Assembly (NCBI GenBank): GCA_002633005.1
Contig: NMRA01000530.1
Span: forward strand, 1 to 64,000
Reading direction: 5' to 3'
Length of the DNA: 64,000 nt
Origin: Phoronis australis
Lineage: Eukaryota; Animalia; Phoronida
The translations under genes were made by a program, and so were the position numbers. Shown piece by piece: positions 39,601-51,600 of the stretch (its first letter is position 1; the number at the start of each line of letters is the position of its first letter). The notes below the pieces were generated by a model. It made no database searches. It was not told the DNA's origin and saw only the letters and a program-made list of their open reading frames with translations.

Positions 39601-42600
39601 GCCCGGTGAAGCGTGTGATGTTCAGCTGAGGATCGACGATCCGGACAGTAGGTTGTCTAATATATACATGTACACAAAACGTACCGAGAGTGGCGTAGAT
39701 GAAGTAATATCCCATGAGACATTATTCCACTGTATTATGTCGCTTCGAATTCCTAAGTTTATTTTTTTGGCAGATTTTTAAATACTTCACCCAGACTGTT
39801 CACGTTGCGGACCACATCCAAAACGTATGTACTTGCGCGTTAGGTTACACGTTTTTTTAGTAAAAGAAACAGTTTTAAATGTTACGATTTATTCCTTGAA
39901 AAGAGATAACAAAGATGAAAACAACGATAACTGTGCATTGAACTTGTAACATGTCCTGAAAATACTTAAATAACAACAATATTTGATATTGTAGTTGCAG
40001 AGGAATCGGCGCCTGAGTTGCAGACGATAAAATACTTAGCAATTGAAAACTGAGACAGAAGTGTCATATAATTAACAGATTTGTTCCAGAAGTTACATTT
40101 GGGACCTGATTGCATTTTGAGTGTCATTCATACTGCTGCAATTATATTACTTCAAAACTCGACTGATTCAACGCGTATGGGATAAAAAAGCAATTGCCGC
40201 AACATTTATAAGTCCAGAACACGTGTGTACACATTGCATGTAATCTATCTTAATGTTCCAGGTTTGGTAGTTGTCGAACAATGCAAACAAGCATTGAATC
40301 AGATGATATGGGATGCCAAGGATGGGCTAGCAAGGTTAAGCTTCAAATTGCAAGCAGTGAATGACTACGATGCTGGTCGAAAAAGAAAACGTGTCAAAAT
40401 AGACGCTGTTACGAGCTACAGTGTTGTCTTTCCCGGGTTGTCGGTACGAAATTCTTACCATGTCAATGGAGAAATTGAATTAATCCCAAATCGTTTTTTA
40501 ACGACGCAATTAACCTTTTAGGAGATAAGAAGCAGGTTGGGGTCATTGCCTCTTTGGCGTCATGGTGCTAACCTAGCGGGACCACAGCGGGACTTCATCT
40601 AGGATTAGCCAAAGACTTCGCGAGAGCTTTCCGCCGCACCCAGTGCTAGAACTTCTATGCCAGGTTATGCAACTATACGTCTCAATTTTTTGCTAAGTTT
40701 ATAAACCAAAACCAACCAAAGCTCTATTGTATGAAGTTCTCTCAAAACTGACTCGCCGGGCCTAACGGAAATCTAGCCGATCTATGTTCAGGCTATTAAA
40801 TTGATCTGATTCAATAATGAAATGTATTGACTTTTTAGAAAGAAATTATTCAAACAGGGACCGAGACTTGTAACCCGCACGGTGATCCGCACTTCACAAG
40901 TTTTGAGAACAAGTGAGTGGAATTTTTAGTTCATGATCGAAACTTTTGATTTATTATACTTCACAGGTCTTTGGCATCTTTACTCTTGTTTGATTGTATT
41001 GACTGTAAAAAAGAATAGAAACCGTGCCTTACTGCAGAGAGAACGTTTTATAAACAGCAAGTTCGGTTTTTACATAAAAACAGAGTCTTGCTTTGTAGTT
41101 TACGGTAAAATTTAAAAACCTACCCATAAAAATTCGATCATATAAAATGCCAAGACTTCCTAGTACAGCGACGTGCTCGTGGTGCAATAGTTAAGTAGAA
41201 TTACTTCAAACAAAATGATCGAATCCCGAAAGAACCATAAATTCAACAATCATTATGTATTGAATCAGTAATACCTAATCAGTTTAGAATATTAAGATAC
41301 ATCCAAATTATATGATAAATACATTTTAAGAACAGCGTTCTGAGATTTCTACGAGGCTACCAGGCCAGCGTTCCGTACACACAAGAAACTCGCGAAAACG
41401 TCATGTCATTTAAGATTTCGCGAGATATCACCACTGACGCGATCTCTCCCGTGGATGAGTGGGAGCAGGTTGTTTCTGACCCGTACTAATAGGTTTCGTA
41501 CGTTCACAAGTCTACTCAAACAAAACGTCCGACGTACTGTTTGTTCCATGCTCCAGCCAGTGCTGCGAAACCTCATCTTGGGAGGAAATTCTGAGACATT
41601 TCCAGCAGCTGTTACACTCGTTGATCCAATTACTTGCTGTCTCTTTACGTGGCTCTATATTGTCTGTCACTGTAACTACTGATTCTCTTCACTGGAACTC
41701 AACTATAACCTCAGCTGACTTTATTAAATGTCTTTCAACGCCAACTGCATTCAACTGATTGTCACTAATCCTTGCCTGGGTATTTATTGTCTCGTACAAT
41801 TTCCTAGAACTCTTCTCCAATTCAAGCACATTCCAGTACTTTATGGAATCTACCCAATCATTCTACGAATATATACTGGGCTCTAGAATGTTCCAGACTA
41901 CATTAATCGCTAACACACTAGAATCTTCTAGAATGTTCCCTGTTATTCTATTGTAAACAAATTGCAACACATGGTCTGACCTCATGGGTCATGTCAATCA
42001 AGTGCTATCTGCTAGTACTCAGAGAGAACACTAAAACAAAACTTATTAAAATAAGGACAGTGTCAGTCTACTTCTAACAACAACTAAGAACTTGTTCACA
42101 CTATCTTTACGGAACGCAGCTCGGGCTTGCGATTACTGAGAGCGCTCAAGATCTGGCAACGTAACTGCACGGCCAGTTCTTGTGCAGAAATAAGTGTAAT
42201 CTGGACGCTCCGGTGCGCCACGTTATCGAGCCCGGACAGGACTTGTAAACTATTTTAGTACTGAAACGAATGACCTTTTAAGTCATGTTGTGGTATATAG
42301 TATGCAGCGTTTAATATACAGTCGCTAGTACGTTTACTCACAGGCAATCTTGGGTTGCGTTGTCGGACATTGTCGGTCTTTGTTCTGAGGTGTTAGTGCG
42401 GTGAACGTGCGTTTGTGATTGACGCGTCTTGTTAAACGATTAAGCCCCAGCGTTTTGTGGGGAGAACTACGAGAACGATCACTTGCCTTCGGAGTAAATA
42501 GGGGTGACTTTAGAGATATAGCTGAAAGTTTAAAGGGCTAAAGCTTAGTGTGCTTACGCATTCATAACTGCGAGTTCCAATTCGGTTGAATTTGGTTGAG

Positions 42601-45600
42601 CAGAAATGTCGCGTCCCCATGACGCTAGAAAAAGTGACCGAACTTCCGAAACCAGGAAGTGACCCACTATTTATAGAGGCTGTCACATGACAAACCGGGC
42701 CAATAACAAGTCACCAAGTTAAAGTTCTTGGAATTCATGGTCCCTGACCAAACATGGTATGATCAAGTTATACGAATGCCCTAGTACCAACGATGACCAA
42801 CAAGTGTCATGCTAAATACAGAGATAGAGATGAGATCATTCCTGTTACATAAGCATGAGCAAAGGTGATGTAGATGCGTAGGTTTTCTAGGGTTTGGGAC
42901 GCTTCCGCGAAGTAACAGTATACATAAGTGCATATAGGCACATAAGCTGTTTCACACAATGCGCCCTCTGCATACTCTATACATGCACGTCAACATTCAC
43001 ATAGGCCTACGCGAAACATATGTGACTTTGAACAACTTCAGACATGTTTGATTTTGTTTTCTTTCAGAAATTATTTCTTCACCATGTTCAAATTATTCTA
43101 CCGTGCTTTCAGGATGTACCACAACTATAAAACTGGGGAGTTCACTATGTATCAAGATGAGGAGAAAGACGTTGAGGTAATTTTAAAGAGTTTGATATAT
43201 TTACAGAGACCGTGCATATAAGGTTCCAACAGGACTGGAAAATTTACAATCCTCGAGTCAAATGCAGGAACTACCGAATGAACAGGATACGAAGGAACCT
43301 GGGATTATAAATTATGACTGTTTTACTGTTGCTCATGCTTTAAAGAATTTTGATTTTAAAATTAGTGTTTCGTACATTTTGTAACATTAAGTGAATGAAA
43401 TTCGCCGGTAAAACCTATTCTCAGGGGCAGATCTAGGATCTTGAGCGGGGGGAGCAGGGCAGAGTATTAGATTGGATTTCGCCCGTCAGACATTCGCATC
43501 CCCCGAACTGCTAAGTGGAATCTGTGGAAGAATTTTAGGGGGGGGGGGGNNNNNNCCCACTATTTATAGAGGCTGTCACATGACAAACCGGGCCAATAAC
43601 AAGTCACCAAGTTAAAGTTCTTGGAATTCATGGTCCCTGACCAAACATGGTATGACCAAGTTATACGAATGCCCTAGTACCAACGATGACCAACAAGTGT
43701 CATGCTAAATACAGAGATAGAGATGAGATCATTCCTGTTACATAAGCATGAGCAAAGGTGATGTAGATGCGTAGGTTTTCTAGAGTTTGGGACGTTTCCG
43801 CGAAGTAACAGTATAGGGCCTACATAAGTGCATATAGGCACATAAGCTGTTTCACACAATGCGCCCTCTGCATACTCTATACATGCAGGTCAACATTCAC
43901 ATAGGCCTACGTGAAACATATGTGACTTTGAACAACTTCAGACATGTTTGATTTTGTTTTCTTTCAGAAATTATTTCTTCACCATGTTCAGATTATTCTA
44001 CCGTGCTTTCAGGATGTACCACAACTATAAAACTGGGGAGTTCACTGTGTATCAAGATGAGGAGAAAGACGTTGAGGTAATTTTAAGTACAGAAACCGTG
44101 CATATAAGGTTCCAACAGGACTGGAAAATTTACAATCCTCGAGTCAAATGCAGGAACTGCCGAATGAACAGGATACGAAGGAACCTGGGATTATAAATTA
44201 TGACTGTTTTACTGCTGCTCATGCTTTAAAGAATTTTGATGTTAAAATTAATGTTTCGTACATTTTGGAACGTTAAGTGAATGAAATTCGCCGGTAAAAC
44301 CTATTCTCAGGGGCAGATCTAGGATCTTGAGCGGGGGGAGCAGGGCAGAGTATTAGATTGGATTTTGCCCGTCAGACATTCGCATCCCCCGAACTGCTAA
44401 GTGGAATCTGTGGAAGAATTTTAGGGGGGGGGGGGGCATTGCCCCCTCTTTAATTCGGAACTGATTCCCCATACAACACAGTCCCAATAGCCTACGCCTA
44501 CGGAACACGGTATAATTATAAACCTCAACAACCCGATGTTGGCTTGACTTTCCTTAGCATCAGGAAGGGTTTGTTTCATGAAAATGACTTAAGACTTAGA
44601 CTGAAATTCGGTCTTACGCTAGCACTTTACAATTGTTGAATGAAATAATTCAGAGAAATTATCTCAGTGTATGAATGACGTACATGTATAGAGTATGCAG
44701 AGGGCGCATTTTGTGAAACAATTCATACACCTAGGTTAACTTATATGTTGCCACTGCTTTGCACTAGTTTCGAGGAATCATCACAAATTGTAAAAAAGCA
44801 ACTACACATCTATACACATGTCCTTCACCTATTCTCAAATGCTATTTTTGTCCAACTCGCGGTTATGTGTGTATTGTCAGCGACTGTGCACTTTGCTCAA
44901 GTTAGATTTAATTGTTTTTCTGAAATACATGTAGTCTTGTGGAGCGTGACACCAAACTTCTGTCTTTAAAAGAGATTGCAGGTGGTCCGATACCTGAATA
45001 GCATCGGACGTGCGCAGGCCACATAGGTCAGGCCTGTTGCACAAAGCAACTGATATAAAACTCACAAGAACCCTCTTGCGTCTGCATGTATGCAGACATT
45101 AGGCTCTTCCGTCTTAAATCACACTTTTTATGGAACAGACCCCAGAAGTGTAAGAAAAAGACTTTTCTTTTCATTTCAGATTCACGCTGTTCATAACAAA
45201 TGTAACTCTAGAGCAACGTGTGTTTGTGGATTTACGGCGCGGGAAGGGTCTGAAGTTGTGAAACTTGAAGTGTGCAACAACGATAGACGCCCGAACGTCG
45301 TTTTAGAAGGCGACGATCCAAAAACGCGCGTATTTAGTGACACGTCTGGAAAACGATACAGGGTAAATTTGTTTCTTGATCAGTTTGTTTGCCGATTTGT
45401 AGCGAAGTTGAGTGGTACATGTATCTATCTGCATGTCATTTGTTGTCTACTCATGTCTTAGTGTTGCTTTACTCAGTTAACGGAAGACACGTGAAACATG
45501 TACATGTATGTCGGTACACACAAGTCATCTTAACAATTACTACTATAGCATGTGAGACTTGGCCACAAAACGACCATGGTGTTATATATACACAGTTTCT

Positions 45601-48600
45601 CTTGGAGTTGCAATAGGTGTGTGGGCTTATAGCATACGTTCGGCATCGCATGGTCAAGGCCGTCACCCCATACTTGTTCTCATAACAATCGCGGAAAAAT
45701 TAAGAGGCAGTCCATATAAAAACCAGTAGATTTTCAAAAATCAGTCTATACGTCAAAATTTAAAACAACTTCATTTTTTGTACATGGGTAGGTATCCTAA
45801 CAAAAACCCAAATGCCAAATTTTGTGCACTCAATGACCTCTAATTTCGCCGCTGGAGCATGATAACACAACTTGGCACAATTGGGCATATTAGNAAAATC
45901 TTGTCAATTCGAAACCAAAAACATAGATACAGCATTTTTCAAAACAAACATACCGAGCGATGTGGTTTTAACCTTCCACCGCTGACGTTCAGTTGCCATT
46001 AAATGTACACCGTCTGAACTCGTCCTTTTTATTTTAATACATTTTTGTTAGTCGGTAATGGCGTGTTCTTTTCACACCTTTATCAATTGAAAGTGAAAAT
46101 GGTCGCTGCTTGTGCTTTTTCAAAACTAGTTGCACATCGACGTTTGAAGACTGAATTTGTCTAGCTGATACCTAAAACAGATAAAGTATACTTGCGCTGT
46201 AATGCTTTTGAGTGTGGCCTAGTGCGATAGATGCCCGCTTTCTTTACTCGAGGTCGGGGGTTCGAGTCCCATTGGGCCACGACTCTAGACCCTTGAGTCA
46301 GGTTTCAAGGTCCTCAGCTCGGCTTTAACCAAAAATATATCAAAGTATAAGAGCGTTTCAGATGATCAGTGCAATGGGTCCACATGCGCAGCATCGCCCG
46401 TCTGGTAAAACGTGTACCACACCGCCTGCAGCTATTTTTATATATTTAATGCTTTTTGCTGTCTATAAAACAAGTTTGATGGCAATGGGGATCTTCAACA
46501 TATCAAACCTTGTAATATTTGATAGTAGGCGCATTTACAGTGAAGTCTAATAAAATGACATATACTCAGTGTTAGTTGCACGGAAAACCTTTTTTGAGTT
46601 GTTTTAGCATTATTCCAATTGTCTTGCTGAAATTTTGCGGTTTTAAGAAAGGGACCAAAAACATCTGAAAATATTGCACGGGCCTTCGCGACTTCGAGCA
46701 GCATTGAAAATTATTTAGAAACGTCTTAATATTGATTTTAACTTTTTCAAATTTTGTTTGCTGTTCGCTCTTTCGAGAAACGACGGCAGGTTTTTGCAAG
46801 TTGATAGTCCCAAAATCGGACACAGAGATCATTCGGAAAATTTGCGCCCCTATGAAAGTACGTGTTCTTGGTAAATCTGCATAATTTTTAACAGCCATAA
46901 TTCTGTCACGGAAGCTAACTTTTAATTTGGACTACAAGCGGTTATCAAATTGTTCGTTAGTCAAAATAGATGCGATTTTTGGGATTGGAAAGGAATACCA
47001 GATCGTTTTTGTTTAAGACCAAGCAATACAACTTGACGTGTCACACCGTGTTATTTTTCCTGGAACAAACTGTCAGCTCTTTGCGAGACTAAAATCAATT
47101 CTTGTCTGATTAAAGAGCAAGCGATATATGGTCTACATCAAAGGTTAGTTTGTTTAACAGAACGCTGGTTTAAAATAGATTCAATTGAAGACTTGAAATT
47201 CAAGCCACAGGAAGGAATGGAGGAAACTTAAGGCACATTCAACTTCTCTTCAAGCGCCATTCACAGACCAATACAATGAAACGAACCGCATTCCTGCAAT
47301 ATTTTTTCAACGGCTACCTTTAAAATGCTTGCCAAAAAATTACGCGTCACGTAGAACATCACTTAGCACTCAAGAGGTTTTAAACGCCGCGATGTCGTGT
47401 GAATGTGAAAGTACTTCCATGTCACCCAGATTTCAATGAAGAACAACTTTTATACCACAATATTAGCGTCAAATGGCAGATACAACCGTGTAATAACCCA
47501 TAAAGTTATCTCACTAGTGAGATAACGATTTGGCGGGAAACCGAGGACGGAGTCGAACCCCGGACCTTGGAATTGCTGGTCGCACCACTACACCATGCAG
47601 CGACTGACGTCATCAAGAGTGAAAATAGAGCACGCGCAATAATCACACGTTCAACAATCCGCATTGTACTGTACTTATACGCTACGAAAAATAAGACACA
47701 TAATTTCCATAAAAATGATATCTTAATTCAGTGAAATTTCTCTCTCATGTCCTCTTACTAGTAAATCACCGATCTCCAGTTTGAATGCGGGTATCGTGTC
47801 GTCAGGATCTTTGACTTGAGAATTATATTCAGCTACCAGTGGTAACCTACTTTAGCAGACGATAATTTCCCGGTCGAAGCTTAGCGTGAAAAAACGCGTT
47901 TTAAGCTATAATAGTTGGTAAACCTGAATTTATAAATTCAATTTTTTTCTGTTATATTTAAGTTTTCAATTGGTTTTGAGTAAAAGCATTATTTGACAAA
48001 AATAGCCCGGCTTTTCTTAAAAGGTCACGACCTCCGACCCCGGGCCTCTGACATAGAAAGTAGTTACAAAGTCGTGGAGAGTCAGAAAAGGTAAATCGAT
48101 TCATTGCAATGTTTCTCGTGTAGTATGTGGTATAAATAGATTATTACATGTTCTCAGCATTTATCCCCCTTATCTAGAGCCCTCGTGGATTTTTGAGAAT
48201 TATCACCCTCGGGGCTAACGCCCCTCGGGCGATAATTCTCCAAAATCCACTCGGGCTCTAGATAACGGGGGATAACGACTTCGCCATGTAATAATCTATA
48301 TTTATCACACTGCTGTTGTGATATATATTGTCGCACGCGACACATATATTGTCACCGATGCGACAATATCCGTCGAGTGCGCAAAAAGATGATATCAATA
48401 TCGACACGTGTTGTCGCTGTGGCGTCAGCATGTGTCGAGTGCAACAATATATGTCGCAACGCAAGCGGTCATTAACAAGACCAAAAACATTTTTTTTTAC
48501 AATTCGGAGTGAATTTCTAGTATTAATTGCGAGGGCGTACATGCTTTAAGCCCAAATAGTTGTCTTAATTTAGCGTTTCTGTTGAAGTTAACTAAGTCTT

Positions 48601-51600
48601 GTTACGGTAAGTAATATTACGAATGAGCTAAAATGACTGAATTTTTTTTTTGTTTTTTGGCAGGTAAATACCGAGGAAATGCAGCTTTAAGTTACGATTT
48701 CATGAAGCAGACGTAGCCTTCTAATTACAATTTTGTTTAATCTTCCTAAGGTTTTCATGCCATCGGGAAATTATATAAACGCACGGGTGGTGAACGGAAG
48801 AACACCGTATTTCGACATGAATATCCAGCAAGCCAAGCCACACAGAAAACTACGTGGAACCTGTGTCAAACTCAACGACACCTTCGTGGGTCCAAATGAC
48901 CGCGTCATTCAGCCGGGAAGTGCCAAATTTCCAGATGAATTTTTCGACGCGTGGAGGTAAGCTAAGCGTAAGTTAACACCGAAAGGCTCCTTTTTATGGA
49001 AATAGTACGACTGACAGTGATGCTACATGTTTGTGCAGAACGATAATTCGCTCTTACTCACACAGAAATGAGTAGTGTTCACTCTTGATTAAACGAATAA
49101 GGTGAATAGTAGACTTACATATTCAAAATAATTATGCTACTAAAATTCACAAACTGTAACCCGTGTCCAACCACAGAAAATCACAAAAAGCATATTGTAA
49201 CCCGTGTTTCTTAACAGGGCCAATTTGGCGCAAAAGTCGAATCTTAGAAACACAGAATGATTTTCAGTTAAAAACAAAATAAACTTATATTAAAACAAGC
49301 ACACATTTCCAGAATCCTTTAAAACTGTATAAGTGCATTTCCGACAATTTCGATAACACACAACTACCAGGAACAATCGCTCATGAGTTCACCTGTGTCA
49401 GTACAGAAATTTCCGGATATACCTGTAAAACTTTGCCTCATCGAGGATTCAGAGCCACGTAAGCAGGGTGAGTTAATGTCGCTAATGTCTCACTTGTAAA
49501 GCAAGATCTCGCGAGATGTCACCGTTTTTTAAATGATAGCACATGATTTTGACCAGACGTTCTCGCCGCGAGACATTTAATGAACTCTACCCTAGTATGC
49601 AAGATTATATACATGTAGTGACGCCTCTGAGGAGAAGGCCTTACATGATTGAAGTGTCACCACGATTTTCCTTTTTCTCACAACGACTTTGAATGGAGTA
49701 TTCCTTTAAATGTATAAGTTAATCAGTTTTGCTGAATACGATTTTCTATCGTAAGGAAGCCCGTTGTTTGCCATGACACACATCGGCATCAAATATTTAT
49801 GTATTTACATGTACCAGACTTTTTAATGTACGAAAAAGTGATGATTTCAATTTTGAATTACTTTCTACAATTCTGGCGCTGACAGGCTTTTGTTACTTCG
49901 CAAAGCACTCACGTGTTTAAAGCACCACGAAATTAAATAAACACAGATATCTATATAAATTTAAGAACACAAGAAATGATGCTAACGAAAGACCCACGGG
50001 AGATTTTGAAGAAAGCTAAGACCGCTATACACCAAGCGAAGACTCACTGCAAATGCGATGTGAACGGACGGGTTCAGTGTGACAAAAACTTCAACTACAG
50101 GACGTCTGAAATGAAGGTATTACGGAACATTTTGGAGCTAGCAAGTTGTGTATAAGAAAAGATATGCCAATAAATAAATGAATGAATAAAAAGTACCCCT
50201 AAGACAGTGAAATATTAGCCATTCTTAGCTCCATTCTTAAGAGATCCGTTTGACAAAAAGACCCCAAATGTCTCACAAGGCATCGCCAATCATTACCTAT
50301 AATTCTGTAAAAGTGAAATAAAACAACACGTTTGTTCAAGAACTTGATGTATTTTTAAGGGGTTTACATCGAATTTTGATGATTTATTGGTGTAAAACAA
50401 TGAATTCAAACGATAAGTGGACACCAGTAAGAGTGTTGTGAACTGCTGAACAGACTGCATTCGAACCGATTACGTCATTGGTTAATTTCAACACCTCCGT
50501 CTACCCGTTGGGAGTCAGGTAAAGCAACTGAACTTGCTTTTATCAAGTGGAACTAATCAATCTAAATTGATACAAAATAGGTGGTTGTTTTGGGTGGCAT
50601 TCTCCTTTAAGAGGGAGGTGTTTTGTTTATACCCAATGAAAGTAAAACTCCAACGAAACGCGGACAAAATTCAGTCTCATTTTCTAAGATTTTTTTCAGT
50701 ACGTCAATACTGATGGTTTGCGTGAGATCACAGAAAATTTGAAACATCAGATGCGTCGAAGAAGAAACATTGACTACAACCGACACACTCATCGGAACGA
50801 CCTACAGTACAGCGACTTTGAAAAGGACAAACATGGTGAGAGTATGATAATTCTTCTGTTTAGTATCTCGTCGTCGCCGCATCTACTGAAATAAAAAGGA
50901 CAAACGTTTAAATATTTCAGTCGAAAAATCAACCAGAGCAATGTTCATGGTCTTTGGTTCTATAAAACACACATTGAACGTCCCATAGAATGCTTTTGAT
51001 TTTTATGAATATATTATTTGTAGAACTCGGCTTACTTGACGTAGTCCTTAGATAAAGCTGCAACGGCCGCAGAATAGACAAGACGTTTCCAATAGCTTTA
51101 CTGGGTTGATGATTGGGGGAAAGGCATTAATTAGAGCAGACTCTTGTAACCTCAACAGACTTACAGAGTCGGTTACAAGGATGTAGTCTCGAGACTGTCT
51201 TTGTTGGTCAAAGACATCAATAAATCAGGACAAATACCGACTTTCTCAATACGTAGCATTAGAGGTTTTGAAGAAAAAAATTGTGTCGATTTTGAATATT
51301 TTAGTGTCCAAGCGCAGTGCGCCGACTTGGCCCACCGCAAGTGGAATAACGGAAATGGCAGCGAGACGACATTGTTCCTCGTTGTTGAGTGGTGCAAAAG
51401 CAACGGCTTGTCAGTCAGTTCTCAGCGTAACAAAAGATGCCTATGTCGATAGCTGTATGGAAGATATTTTCGTAAGTAGTCTGTGTTACATTTGTGATCG
51501 TCCACGCCCTGACTTCTGAGTGACAAAGTTAATTGCTGCTCATACGAAAAAGTGAGGTTAAATGAACCATAAAAACATATGTTATACTTCTGGATTCATT

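Larger units (their letters stand above)
30930..41040 (+). repeat. Right arm of the inverted segmental duplication (homologous to about 495-9720)
   Basis: Same alignment as the left arm; each arm carries its own insertions. Confidence 0.9.

Noticed and set aside
43068-43112. Upstream alternative acceptor adding 15 codons to the VWD exon
   Set aside because: It is in frame, but the 43113 acceptor gives the more typical VWD spacing; unproven without RNA data.
46211-46290. Functional tRNA gene (also 57101-57195 and 58880-58925)
   Set aside because: A/B boxes are present, but there is no paired acceptor stem or anticodon arm; better explained as SINE heads.
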